The notes under the pieces were generated by a model, which saw nothing but the letters and a program-made list of their open reading frames with translations, was not told the DNA's origin and made no database searches. A stretch of 63,940 nt of DNA, counting the filler, from Octopus bimaculoides (Eukaryota), in assembly GCF_001194135.2 (NCBI RefSeq). It is 5 parts of 5 records of this genome, joined end to end, with 100 filler letters (N's around TTAATTAATTAA, not from the genome) between each part and the next. Parts side by side here need not be neighbours in the genome. Positions count along the whole stretch, not along the records: positions 35,321 to 58,904 come from NC_068986.1; 4 more parts are not named here. One strand, 5' to 3'. A program made the position numbers and the translations under genes. Below, piece after piece: positions 36,746 through 50,357 of this stretch (its first letter is position 1; every line of letters starts with the position of its first letter).

Positions 36746-39679
36746 CTCAATGAGATACTGTTGTCTCACTAATGAAATGGTAGTAAAAAGCTTAGTCTTC
36801 ATACTTACATAATCACGTTATCTAACGGCATCAATGCTATCAGCTGGTTATTGTTATCTAAAAAGCCTCCTCATAAATAGATTACAATAAGCGGCTTACA
36901 TTATAAACTCACGTATACACACACACTTAGGTTTGTATATTATACATATATATTCATAATATATAGCACGTACACACATATAATGTGTGTGTGTTTCCGC
37001 GCGTTAGTGTAATTAAATTGCGTTATCCTTACGAGATGTATCACTGGGCAAATAAACTTTTTCGTGTCTCTCTCTCTTCCCACCCGTAATAATTTTCGAG
37101 AGATTTGTGAAATGAAAGTGTCGTATATTTCTTCCTACTCGCGCTTACAACTGAGTAGGTGGGGGGAGACAAATAGCTAAATTGTGTGTGTGTATTTGTA
37201 TGTGTGTCTGTGTGTGTGTGTGAAAGAGAGAGAGAGAGAAAACTTTTTAATTCTTTAGTGGGGATAAATTTTTTTCCTTCAGAAGACCGGTGTTGGTAGG
37301 AAACTGCATACATTGTCGATCTAATCAGATTCTTTCCTCCATTATTTCATAAGCTGTAGTTGTTTAATCCTGCGCCGGTTGGTGAATGGAAGACTAACTC
37401 GGCTCTGGTAGGGTTTGAAATCACAGCTTTGAAGAACGAAATTAAATACGATAAAATCATTTGAATTCTTTCAGACTGTCGCTCCTTCGTTTCTGTCTGT
37501 CCATTATCAGCCAGCACCATCCTATTGTACATATTGTACGATATATTACCTGTTCTATAGAGATTGTTATTAACTACGGAGAAACCAGGATATTCACCAG
37601 TGTCGTCGTAGGTGACGATTTGTTTTCTGATTGCTTATTTACATTGTGTGATGGTTAATATCTTCGGCCGGTTGAGTGGAACGGACGTCTAAATTTGGTG
37701 AGTCCATCCCGATTAAAGTTGTTACCGTTACACACACACAACATCACCACCACAATGATAGAGTGAGGAGGAGGAGGAGGAGAGAGAAAGGAACTAAGAG
37801 AGAGCTAGAAAGAGACAGGCAGATAGTGACACATACATACATGCACATTGGTATTGTACATGGTCGTTATAATAACAGGCAAGTTTTGTTTTCTATTCGC
37901 TTGAAGTTGTAGCATATTTATATTAATTTAGTTTGTGCAATCGATGTCGAAAGCAGTTTAGTGAGATCTGTGTGTGAGTGTGTATGTGTAGTATTTTAAA
38001 TAATTACATTCACACACCAACGTCGCATGTCAGTTGTGTGGTACTGTATATGGTTAAATCTACCCTACTGCGAACGTAAGAGGCACTCGGCACGAGTTTT
38101 TTGTCTTTTTGTTTCTTTTCTTTTATTCACGAATCTATATGTATGCAAAGGTATTATTCCACCTCACTTCTGCTTCAAAATAATTTCTTTTTAATCAGGC
38201 GAAGTCATCTGAACTCTAAGTTCACACATAGAGGTATTGTCTTTTAAAATACATGCAATGACGTACATAAAATGTTTTCATATCCTTCAGTAAGATAAAA
38301 CTATATATATGTGTATGTGTGTACGTACACACACACACACATAATGTTAGTTTGTGTTTTTCTCTATGGATCTTTTACGGCATCCTGGGAGAAACAAAAG
38401 CACGTTTTCCTACCACCTGTGTTTTGTGCGTGTTGGAAATTTACCGCTTGTTTGAAAACTGTGTTTCAAGTTTGTCGTTTGTAGTAATGTTGTTGTGATC
38501 GCTCAGTTTCTTTTATAGTCAAAGGAACTAAACACACACATACACACGCTTGCGAGCCAACTAAAGAGATCCTACAGGATCCTATGACCTACTAGAAACA
38601 GCAACCACATTTTCCTCAAATCACACTACACCATCTACAAGAGATGAGTTATATTAGGCATTGAATAATATAGTCGTCCTTAATATATAAAGGGACGGGA
38701 TGGCTACAACTGGAACACCTTTGATTATCGGCTTATTCAATTAAGGCTAGCCCGGACCTTTTAAACACACATATATCTGTGTGTGTATGTATATATNNNN
38801 NNNNNNNNNNNNNNNNNNNNNNNNNNNNNNNNNNNNNNNNNNNNNNNNNNNNNNNNNNNNNNNNNNNNNNNNNNNNNNNNNNNNNNNNNNNNNNNNNNNN
38901 NNNNNNNNNNNNNNNNNNNNNNNNNNNNNNNNNNNNNNNNNNNNNNNNNNNNNNNNNNNNNNNNNNNNNNNNNNNNNNNNNNNNNNNNNNNNNNNNNNNN
39001 NNNNNNNNNNNNNNNNNNNNNNNNNNNNNNNNNNNNNNNNNNNNNNNNNNNNNNNNNNNNNNNNNNNNNNNNNNNNNNNNNNNNNNNNNNNNNNNNNNNN
39101 NNNNNNNNNNNNNNNNNNNNNNNNNNNNNNNNNNNNNNNNNNNNNNNNNNNNNNNNNNNNNNNNNNNNNNNNNNNNNNNNNNNNNNNNNNNNNNNNNNNN
39201 NNNNNNNNNNNNNNNNNNNNNNNNNNNNNNNNNNNNNNNNNNNNNNNNNNNNNNNNNNNNNNNNNNNNNNNNNNNNNNNNNNNNNNNNNNNNNNNNNNNN
39301 NNNNNNNNNNNNNNNNNNNNNNNNNNNNNNNNNNNNNNNNNNNNNNNNNNNNNNNNNNNNNNNNNNNNNNNNNNNNNNNNNNNNNNNNNNNNNNNNNNNN
39401 NNNNNNNNNNNNNNNNNNNNNNNNNNNNNNNNNNNNNNNNNNNNNNNNNNNNNNNNNNNNNNNNNNNNNNNNNNNNNNNNNNNNNNNNNNNNNNNNNNNN
39501 NNNNNNNNNNNNNNNNNNNNNNNNNNNNNNNNNNNNNNNNNNNNNNNNNNNNNNNNNNNNNNNNNNNNNNNNNNNNNNNNNNNNNNNNNNNNNNNNNNNN
39601 NNNNNNNNNNNNNNNNNNNNNNNNNNNNNNNNNNNNNNNNNNNNNNNNTATATATATATATATATATATATATTTGTGT

Positions 39680-40520
39680 GACTTTGTCTCGCACCACAAC
39701 TTGAGAACTGGTGTTAGTATGTTTACGTCCCTGTAACTTAACATTTTGGCTGTAAACATTGATAGAATACGTACCAGGCTTTTAAAAAAAGTGCTGAGGT
39801 CAATAAGATAAAAAAATCTTCAAGGTGGTGCCCCAGCATGACCACAGTCTAACAACTGAAACAAGTAAAAGGAAAAAGGGATATAATATTCGACTGCATG
39901 ACACCTTGGGCAAGTTTCTTCTGCTATAGTCCCAGACCAACCAAACTATATATAAAAATATATAATTTGATAAGTGCAAATGCACGAAAATCTTGGCCTT
40001 TGAGTCACTCTGTTGCTTTTGTTAAATATTAATAATATATATATGTGTGTGTGTCTTTGTGTTTGCCCCCCCCCACTCTTTGACAACGATGTTGGTTTGT
40101 TTACTTCTTGTAACTTAGCAGTTCAGCAAAAAAAACTGATAGAATAAATTAAGTATTGGGGTCAATTCATTTGACTAAAACCCCACAAGGTGGTTCCCTA
40201 GTATGACTGTAGTCGAATGAATAAAACAAGAGTAAAAATATATAAATTTTAGGTGCAGTTATGGCTGTGTGAACCCAGAACCAACCACTTGGTTCTGGGT
40301 TCAGTCCCACTGCATGCCACCTTGGGCAAGTGTCTTCTGCTATAACCTCGGGCTGATCGAAGCCTTGTGAATGGATTTGGTCGAGGGAAATTGAAAAAAA
40401 GCTAATTATATACATATGTATGTGTCTTTGTGTTTGTTTCCTACCACTGTTGGTTTGTTTACATTCCTGTAACCTAACAGTTCAGCAAAAAAAGACTGAC
40501 AGAATAAGTAGCAGGCTTAA
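39680..40520. mobile_element. Cluster of degenerate SINE family B modules
   Basis: Several partial matches to both modules of 36041-36428, in both orientations. Confidence 0.65.
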
Positions 40521-40886
40521 AAATTTCTTCAAAGTGACGGTCTAATGATTGAAATAGATAAAAGATATCTGATTGTTATTTAGCCACATATATATATAAA
40601 TCTTCCATTTAGTGAACTTTGAAGCTGAAAAATGTTCCACCTGTTGGATTTTCATGTTGTATGTATTATCAGTTTGCATCCAAAACCACATTATCCAATA
40701 TATTCTTACTCTTTTAAAACAGTAGGGCAAGGTATAAAGATTTGGCTGCTATTACTAGTAAGTTGAATGATCACGTAAGCAGCTTTGTTTGAATATCTAG
40801 TTTTAATGTTTTGGAAAATTGGATGTTCTTGTTTTGAATTGATTCTTGTGTGTAAATATGTGTGTGTGTATGTATGTGTGTGTATA

Positions 40887-40945
<59 letters not shown>

Positions 40946-41160
40946 GTGTGTGTGTGTATATGCACATATTTATGTATGTATATGTATAGGCATGTATATA
41001 CATATATATAAATGTGTTTATGTATAAATATAATATATATATATATATATATACACATGTTTATGTATGTATATCTATATATATGTATGCTTATATATAT
41101 ATATATATATATGTCTATATATTCATGTTTATGTGTGTGTATATATATATATGTATATGC

Positions 41161-42730
41161 TTAGTAGGCCTCTGTTGGTCTTGAGAGACCATGGATTTGC
41201 ACTCGAAGAAATTGTGTCAGCTGCTGATAGTGGTGCAACAACTGCTGTGGCTGTAGAGGCCTACATGGGAGTGGCAGTCACTCAGACAGTGACTGCATTT
41301 GAAGGAGCTCTCTGCCAGTGCTACTGGTTTTTCCTTTTGTCGAATACACTTTTCTTAAGTGGCAAGTTCCTGTTTCTCTAACCCTTGTTTCATCCCCTTT
41401 CGTAACATCTGTCTCCAGCCTGAGCGATCATTTATGACCTCTTCCCATCTCAGGATGCCCAGATCAACCAACTTCATATCTCTCTTGCAGACGTCCTTGA
41501 AACAAAGATGAGGTCATCCTTGTGCTCTTGTGCTGATGGCCAATTCCCCATACAGGACGTCTTTTGGAATCCTCCCATCTGGAGCAGGGTGGATATACTG
41601 GGTATCTTGGCATGGTTGAGGACTTCAGTGTTGGCGATTCAGTTGGTCCATTTGATATCCAAGATGTGTCTCAAATTACTAAGGTGGAAAGTGTTGAGAT
41701 GCCCTTTCTGTCTAGAGTAGAGGCTCCATGTCTCACTGCCATAAAGTTGTGTACTGAGGACATCTTATAGACAGCAATCTTGGTGTTTGTGGCCAGTTCT
41801 CTGTTTTCCCAGACTCTCTTTGTGAGCCTGGAAATTGTGGAGGATGCTTGTCCAATTCACCTGCTGATCTGAGGCTCCAGGGAGAGGGCTTCAGTGATGG
41901 TAGAGCTGTGATAAATGAATTCATGGACTGCCTCCTGCTTGTAGTTGTTGATAGTGATGGTGGAGGGAGGGGTGCATGACACTTTGGCCCAGTATGTTGG
42001 TCTTCTTCAAACTGATAGTCTGGCTTTTGAGAGTTTGTCCGCATGGTGCTGCATTTGCTTCTCAGAGTGTGCTGTCAGTGCAGTGTCGTCCACAAACAGC
42101 ATTTCTCTGATGAGTATCTGATGAACCCTGGATTTTGCTTCCAGCCTTGACAGACTAAACAGTTTACTGTCTGATCTGGTGTGAAGGTAGTCACCATCAG
42201 TTGATGATCCAAATGTGTGTTTCAGCATGGCTCTGAAGAAGATGCTAAACAGGATGGGGGCAAGCGCAGCCTTACTTCATGTCGCTACATATGTTGAATG
42301 CCTCTGAAGAAGAGCCATCAAACTGAATGATACTTTTCATATCCACATAAAATGACTGGACAATCCTGAGGAGTCTTGGAGGATAGCCAGTCTTGGCTAG
42401 GATTTTGAACAGGCCATCTCTACTAACTAGGTCAAAAGCCTTTGTGAGGTCAGTGAAGGTGACGGTGAGTGGTTGCCTTTGCTCTTCATACTTATTTTGT
42501 AGCTGTTGAAGAGAGATCATGTTGATGGTGGAGTGTTCTGAACTGGAACCACATTAAGGTTCAGAGTCTACCCTCTCAGTGATTTTCTGTAGTCTGTTTA
42601 GGACCATGCAGGCAAAGACTTTCCTGACGATGCTTAACAACGACATGCCTTGGTAATTGTTGCAGTTGCTTTTACCACTCTTGTTCTTATAGAAGGTGAC
42701 AATATTGCAGTCTCTCCTGTCTTGCAGGAG
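41161..42730 (-). mobile_element. RTE-BovB-like LINE, RT and 3' end (pseudogenised)
   Basis: QDRRDCNIVTFYKNK..NCNNYQGMSLLS, FTDLTKAFDLVSRDGL, EMLFVDDTALTAH, and C-terminal DCHSHVGLYSH followed by a short 3' UTR. Confidence 0.9.
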
Positions 42731-43300
42731 GAGTCTCTCATGTTTTGGAGAGGAGGAGGAAAATGACATAAAGACTGGTTTGAGGCAAGTGTGAAAAAAC
42801 TCATTTTGCCCATGGAGGAGAAGTGCACAGCCATGCCGAAGCACAAACACCAACCCATTAGGGCAATGCTGCAAGTATTGAGATCATTAAGGAACAACAT
42901 GCAGAAGACAGTGAGATTCTGTGCAAATGACTACTGGTTACAATTATGTGAAGATATTGAACTGTTGTTTGATACAGCATTCACGGAATGTATGAGGATA
43001 TCAAGAAAGCCATTGGACCAACCCAAAGCAAGATAGCTTCACTCAAACCTAGAATAGAGAAAGCCATCAGGGGTAAAAGAGAGCAGCTAAGGAGATGAGG
43101 GAGAACATCATTCCAAACTCTATGCTGAGGCAAACATCTCAGACAGCGTGCTAGACACCGTGGAACACCTACCTGTCATGGAGGGGCTGGACACACTGTC
43201 AACTGCTGAAGAACTGAGCAAAGCCATTGGTGGCTTGCCCACTGGAAAAGCACCGGGTTTGGATCCCACCAGAGATCATCAGGTGTGCAAGGAGAGTTGT
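42731..43300 (+). mobile_element. Inverted upstream segment of the same RTE-BovB-like LINE
   Basis: DWFEA...EEK, TVRFCANDYWLQLCEDI, LDTLSTAEELSKAIGGLPTGKAPG and IPPEIIRCA. This is the EN-RT linker that normally lies immediately upstream of QDMRD.NIVT. Confidence 0.85.
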
Positions 43301-44890
43301 GCTTCGCAGTCACAGCATATCTCCAGAGGTCTCTGTCGTTTGTCATTGCCTCTGTGAAGCTCAACGTTCGAAGGTCATGCTTGACCACCTCATTCCATGT
43401 CTTCCTGGGTCTACCTCTACCCCGGATTCCATCAACTGTTTGGAAGTGGCACTTCTTCACACAGCTCTCCTCATCCATCCTTAGTACATGACCATACCAG
43501 CGCAAACGTCTCTCTTGCACACCACATCCGATCCTTCTTATGTTCAACATTTCTCTCAGGCCGCTTACACTCTGTCATGTGTGCACACTGACATTACACA
43601 TCCAGCAGATCATGCTAGCTTCATTTCTTTCAAGCCTATGCATGTCCTCTACAGTCATGGACTAGGTTTCACTGCCGTGAAGCATGGCAGTTCACACACA
43701 TGCATCATACAATCTACCTTTCACTCTGAGTGAGAGGCCCTTTGTCACCAGCAGGGGAAGAAGCTTTCTAAATTTTGCCCAGGCTATTCTTATTATCGTG
43801 GTAAAACTCTCAGAGCATCCACCCCAACTACTAACTTGGTTACCTAGGTAGCAAAAGCTATCAACTACTTCTAGTTTCTCCTTCTGGAGTGTGACGGAAT
43901 CTGTTTTCTGAGCATCTGTGGTGTTTATTGCCCCTGTGCATCGGCCGCACATGAAAGCTATCTTCCCGGTTAATTTTCCTTTGATGTTGCTGCACTTCTT
44001 ATATGTTCATAGCTTACACTGGGTACATCTTATAGAGTTTCTACCTACACCTTTTCTACAGATTGAGCAGGGCCACCTACCTGAGTATGTGTGTGATGTG
44101 TTCACCTTCCTACTTACTAGAACTTAGGTCTTTGCTACATTGGCTCTAAGGCCTTTTGATTCTAAACCTTGCTTCTACACCTGAAATTTCTTCTCTAGTT
44201 CTGGTAGTGATTCTGCTATGAGGGCCAGGTCATCACCATAGAGGAGCTCCCAGGAGCAACTCATCTTGAATTCCTCTGTTATTGCCTGGAGGACTATGAT
44301 GAATAAAAGGGGACAGAGGGCTGATCCTTAGTGGACCCCTACTTCTACCTGGAATTCTTCACTATACTCATTGCTGATCCTAACCTTACTAATGGCCTCT
44401 CTGTATAGGGCCTGTATGGCCCTTATTAACCTTTCGTCTATCCCCTGTTTCCGCATCGCCCACTAGATAAGGGATCGGGGGACCCTGTCAAAGGCTTTCT
44501 CCAAGTCCACAAAAGCTAAGTATAGCTAGGTATTTCTCCTGCAGTTGTCGAACCAGGAGTACAGCATCAGTGGTGCTTCTACCTGGCACAAAACCGAACT
44601 GCATCTCATCTAGGCAGATTCTCTCCCTAATTAGTTGGGCTATGACCCTCTCAGTGACCTTCATTACCTGATCCAACATCTTGATACCCCTGTAGTTATT
44701 TCTATCTAGAGCATCACCTTTACCCTTGTAGCAGTTGACTATGGTGCTGCTGTGCCAGTCATTGGGCATGACTCCATCATGAACTACCTGGTTTACAATG
44801 CGGGTGACTAGGCCATAGCCCACACCACCAGATATTTTAAGCATCTTAGCAGTGATCCCTGATAGGCTGGGGGGTTTTCCTGGAAAAGCC
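43300..44890 (-). mobile_element. RTE-clade LINE (second family), RT to C-terminus, pseudogenised
   Basis: NYRGIKMLDQVMKVTERV, MQFGFVPGRSTTDA, DLEKAFDRVP, LLYGDDLAL and RLRWYGHVLRM..RGRGRPRKTW..DRDLWRYAV. Confidence 0.9.
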
Positions 44891-44949
44891 AGGAAAAGAA
44901 ATATGAATCAAATATTAAAATATCCACGAATATTAAAATTAAAATAGAT

Positions 44950-45790
44950 ATTAAGATGTTAACTGCTAGAAAATATAAAAACAATACTGTAAAATATAGA
45001 AAGAAACAAGATAAATATCAGAAAAATATGAGAAAATACATTATGAAAAAATATCAGGTTGCAGTATGTTAGGAACAATACTTATGTGTGGGATTGAAAA
45101 TATTCCTATAGAGAGGTTAATGATAGACCCATATGGTGTGAATGATCAAATGATTACTGTCAGATAGAAGATAGAGCTGGGAGCATATGAGATTAGTCAC
45201 CATATGTCGGAATAAGTTAAAGTGGGTTTATGTGAAAGAGTCAGGATGTCATGGATTAGTGTTAAAATTTCAAGGTATTAGGGTTTAATGTGAAAGGATT
45301 TAGGTACATCATGGGGAAGAAGGTGGGAAAAACAAACTAAGCTAATGAAAATGGTTGTTTAGTACTGGTGTTGTTTATGGCTTGTTGATTGGTTATATTA
45401 TTCATATTTTTCATCTTACTAATGGTCTGGCTATCCATTCCACTATTATGTAATATTCACCTGCATCCATTACATGTGGGTTTCAGTGGTTTGGAGTGGT
45501 GACGAGTGGAGCATATGGCTCTGCTTACCTCAGGCATATAGGAGACTCTGTATAACCTGCCCCCACAAAGGCTTCATTGTAGTATTGGGCATTCTGCATA
45601 ACAATCTTGCTACTGCTGATAGTCTAGATATCCCAGTAGATACGCTTTTGATAATAGACTTAATAACCACTCTTGAATAGTTTGAATTTCTATTCGCATA
45701 TTGGAGGTTTTTGTTAGGCTTGTAGTTTTATTCTGTGCTAAGGTCTAGAGTACAACTAAAACATTAGTGATCCTAATGTTCCTATCAAAA
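44950..45790 (-). mobile_element. Decayed Penelope-like element (RT thumb to linker region)
   Basis: TLDLS..NYKP, NLQYANRNSNYSRVVIKS, YYNEAFVGAGYTE and NIFN resemble the PLE motifs FLDV.L..YKP..K.N..LY..SNHP..IIK and YYN.AL..GY. Confidence 0.6.
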
Positions 45791-45862
45791 GTTATAGATA
45801 ATCCATTGTTCCTAAACAAAAAAATTATCTATATATATAGGATATATTAAAACAGGAGATTG

Positions 45863-46100
45863 GAAAACATTTTTGGTATTATTTGTTCACTATTAAACGT
45901 GTTTCATTTGTTAATAGAAGTTACAAAATTATACCTGTAGGAGAAATGTAAGATATTCTATTAGAAATCCTTCATTCTCTGTGTGAAGAATTTCTAATAG
46001 GAGATACCTTACTTGTTTTTCTTATATGTACCATTTTGTAACTTTTAACAAATGAAACGTGTTTAATAGTGACTGAATAATACCAAAACATTCTTTCCAT
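45863..46100. repeat. ~70-bp imperfect inverted repeat (MITE-like)
   Basis: 45863-45935 is the approximate reverse complement of 46030-46100. Confidence 0.6.
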
Positions 46101-46394
46101 CTCCTCTTTTGATATGTAATTATTCTGCAAAGAATATTTTCCAGTATTTTTCAACTCATGCATATCTCACAAAAATATCACATTGATATACAACATTGAA
46201 GTACTGGAATAAGCAGATGTGTTTCAAAAGGACACCAATTGAATTATAACCCTATCTACATTATATATATATAAATAATCATCATTGCTTAACGTCCACC
46301 TTCCATGCTAGCATGGGTATAAGTAGGGAATATTTGAATACAGGTGGTTGCTGAGCTTATCCCAAGGCCGTGCCAATTTTATCTATGAGAGTGT

Positions 46395-47830
46395 ATTTAT
46401 TTATCATCATCATTTAATGCCTGTATTCCATGCCAGCATGAGTTGGACAGTGTAACAGGATTTGACTCTCCTGAGGACAGTGTTGCTCTCCATTATCTGC
46501 CTTGCCTAGGTTTCTATGGTTGGTTGCCCTTCCTAATGCCAAGCATTTTACAGAATGTACTGGGCACATATTTTGTGACACCAGCACTACTGAGATCACC
46601 AAGCAATTTGCAAGACAAAACATTTTGGCTGAGTGGAGGTGCAGTATGGAGGGAGGTGGTTTTAGGCCGGGTGTAGAGAGGCTAATGTAGGAAGGAAGGA
46701 TAGGAACAAGTGTCTACTTGTAGAGGAGATATATGGGCACTCCAGGAGGAAAGGGAGAAAGGATAGGGGAGAAGGTGATTAGAGAGTGAATAGGGGCAGA
46801 GATTCAAGGAAGGTTGGGTGGGTAGGTAGGTTTGTGAGAGTGTGAATAGGAAGCAACACAATAGAGTTGGGGATAAAAGTGAAAGCAGTGGATGATGAAC
46901 ATGGATGGTGTGGAAAATTGCAAGTCTCAGTTTGGGAGAATGTTATAGTGTGTTATGGAGGAGGAGGTGGTAGATAGTAATACATAAAAAAAGGTTGGGT
47001 GGAAAACAATAATGTTATAAAATTATAGATAGATGAAAAATAGGGGGATGAGGTGAAGTGTGGGTAGAGGGAAGATGCACAGTGACAGAGGTTATAGGTA
47101 CATAGAGATGGATAAAGTGAGTTATAAAAAGGGGCACTAATGACAGATATGAGAGGGTTTTCAAAGGAAAGGTGCAATCGGTGGACATACATTGGTAAAG
47201 GATGATGGTGGAAGTGTGGTGACAGGGGAAGTGGTTCCAAGAAGAGGGATTACTGGTAGCACAAAAAGAGAGAAGGAATATGGCTAGTTCTGCTGTTATA
47301 TAATTACAGCAGCTGATAAATAGTGCTGTAATTAGAGGAGTGAGGGATGGATGGGTGTTACAAAACTGAGTTGCTAGGAAGGCCTGATAGATATAGCATG
47401 GGTGGAGGTGCATAACATTGACAATATGCTTTTAGGACCTCATTTTTGTTGAGATGGATGGGTCTTTTTGAGCACAGTAAAGCACCATTCATCATGGTCC
47501 TTTGTCATTTGTTCCATGTGGCTCAACAACATGAGGCTGGATGTCACTACTTTATTCCACACCTTCCTTGGTCTTTCTCTTCCATGTGATCCATCTATGT
47601 TTAGTAATCAGCACGTTATACAGCTGTTCTCATCCACATACATCACATGACCATAGTAGCATAGTTTTTTTCTCTCTTGCACCCTACACCTAATGCCTCT
47701 TACACGCAGTTTTTCTCTCAATACATTTGCAATTTGTTGGACATACACACTGATGTTGTATGTCCAGAGCAGCATGCTAGCTTCATTTCTTTCTAGTCTT
47801 TGCATGTCCTTCTACACTTACTAGTATTAC
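46395..47830 (-). mobile_element. 5'-truncated RTE (second family) with purine-rich 3' region
   Basis: QRLERNEASMLLW...LCYYGHVM at 47600-47805, and a 3' tail with aggaagggcaacc and catgctggcatggaa at 46395-46530. Confidence 0.65.
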
Positions 47831-48139
47831 TAGTTATGATATACAGAGCAAATTTTGGAGAAATTAGGATAGATACAAGTTTACATCATTTGTTCCATTA
47901 TGGTTTGGAACTCTGCATTGGATTTTCCAAGTGCTATTGGATGCTTAGCTACAACAGATTGCCAGGGAACACTTTAATGCATTGTTGCAGAAAACTAATG
48001 ACATCACTTCTCTTTAACATAATGCATTCTCAGATGATCTGTTATGATTAAACATCCACTGCAGAGTTGCAAACAACCACCGTGGTGAAATGTGTGTAAG
48101 AACAAATGATAGAAACTGGTGTTTATTGTAATTTCTCCC

Positions 48140-48965
48140 ATATCATCATCATCATCATCGTTTAACGTCCGCTTTCAATGCTGGCATGGGTTGGATGGTT
48201 TGACTGCACCAGGACCAATCTGGTCTGGCAAAGTTTCTACAGCTGGATGCCCTTCCTAACGCCACACTCCAAGAGTGCAGTGGGTGTTTTTTACGTGCAC
48301 TGGCACGAGGGCCAGTCAGGTGGTTCTGGCAACGACCATGCTCAAAAGGTGTTTTTACGTGCTACCTGCATGGGAGCCGGTCCAGCAGCACTGGAAACGA
48401 CCACGCTCGAATGTTGCTTTTCACGTGCCACCAGCACCTATGCCGGTAAAGCGACGCTGGTTATGATCATGCTTGAATAGTGCTTTTCATGTGTCACCAG
48501 CACGGGAGCCAATCTGTGGCCCTGGCAATGGTCATGCTCAGATGTGCTTTTAATGTTCCACTGGCATGAGTGCCAATAAAGCGGTAATGTCATTGGCCAC
48601 GCCAGTGATTTTGGCTTGTTTACACTTGTCTCAATAGGTCTTCACAAGCAAAGTTCATTCTCCAATGAAAGGGGGATACTCATAAGTGGCCTGGTTACAC
48701 CCCATGTTCTGATGTGCTTTTAATGTTCCACTAGCATGAGTACCAATCAGGTGGTACTGTCATCGGCCATGTCAGCAATTTTGATTTCACTTGCCTCAAT
48801 AGGTCTTCACAAGCAAGGTTTATTGTCCAATGAATGAGGAGTATTCATAAATGGGTTGGTTACGCCCACTGGCATAGACCATGGGCTATGGTCTCACTTG
48901 GCTTGTCGGGTCTTCTCAAGCACAGCATGTCTCCAAAGGTCCCGGTCACTAGTCATTGTCTTGGT
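48140..48965 (-). mobile_element. 5'-truncated RTE (second family): last codons plus complete repeat-containing 3' UTR
   Basis: TMTSDRDLWRHAVLEKTRQAK* (48965-48890), a ~170-bp duplication, five ~65-bp units, then aggaagggcatccagc and a (GAT)n tail. Confidence 0.8.
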
Positions 48966-49038
48966 AAGGCCGAATGTTCAAATTATATATATATGTATAT
49001 ATATATATAATTATATATATATAATTATATATATATAA

Positions 49039-50090
49039 TCTGTATATCTACAAAAGGCAGGATGTGTGTGTGAATGCAATTTATGCACGTCTACAAATTA
49101 GCACGCATGTCTCTCCCATTTTAGGAGGACATTCGTGACGATCTTAGCTGGGTTTTGTCTTATTTTACCCGAGGCACCCGCGGATAGTGGTAAAAATTGA
49201 TTTTCAGCCATAACTTCTACCAATTTCAAAGTTTGCTTACATGAGTTAAGTCCCCTTCTTGCCATAGCAAAGTGAAAGTGTGTGTGTGAGGGAGAGAGAG
49301 TAAGTGACAGCATTCATCAAAAATAAAAACGTAAAATGTTTTTTTTCCTTAAACATGAGATATAGTTTTCAAATTTAGGATGTTTTTGAAAGACGCTATA
49401 TTTTATAATCAGATTATATATACTTTCTCACACAACAATTAAAATGTATCTATTTTAAATCACTTATTTATCTATTTATCTATGAAAGGCAGGATATGTA
49501 TGTGTGTACGTGAATGTAATTTATGCATGTCCACAAATTAGCACGCATGTCGCTCCAATTTTAGGACATTGGTCACGATCATGGCTGTGTTTTTGTCAAC
49601 TTATTTTCCCTGAGGCACCCGCGAATAGTGGTAAAAATCGATTTTCAACCATAACTTCTACCAATTTCCATGTAAGTGAAATTCGTAAGTTTGCTTATAT
49701 GAGTTAAATGAGTTAAGTCACCTGTCTAGCAAAGGTGAGAAAGAAAAACATAGTAAATTTTTAGATTAACACCCACACGACTTTCACTAAGAAAAAGAAA
49801 AAAAAAACTCAGATTTTTTGCGTGGAATCAAGTACCCTGACCTAATATGCTGCAAATCCCTTATTTTGGTTCGGAAAAAAGGGGGCTAGGGTGAGGGGGG
49901 ACACCCCCATCCAGGAATCATTGGAAATTTTTTTTTTCTTTGAATGAATTCCTGTGACCTCCTAATGTGCTATAAAACCCTTTTTGGAGTCCAAAAAATG
50001 GGGTGGGGTGAGGTCGAAGCCTTGGAAATTTCACTCCTACCCCAATGATTTTTTTCACCCATAAAACTTTCACTAAGGAAAAAAATAAAA
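49039..50090 (+). mobile_element. Putative non-autonomous Helitron-like repeat with duplicated 5' end
   Basis: A|TC...aaaggcagga..gtgtg starts at 49039 and 49471 with ~250 bp of mutual similarity. No 3' CTAG hairpin was found. Confidence 0.4.
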
Positions 50091-50357
50091 ATTGGATTTT
50101 TTTATATATATATATATATTGATATATATTGATATTTATTACTTGATTGGAGAGGGAACAATATTGACTTCTGTATTTTTCCTTCCCATTTCACTTTCTC
50201 CCAACCTCCAGTGTTATTTTCATACCTTTCTTTTCCATCCAGGCTGTATGCTCATAAATATATTTAAATACATGTGTTCATGTGTGTGTATATGTAATTT
50301 ATTTCTATATGTTTGCGTGTTTGTATGTGTATATATATATATATATAATGTATGCAT

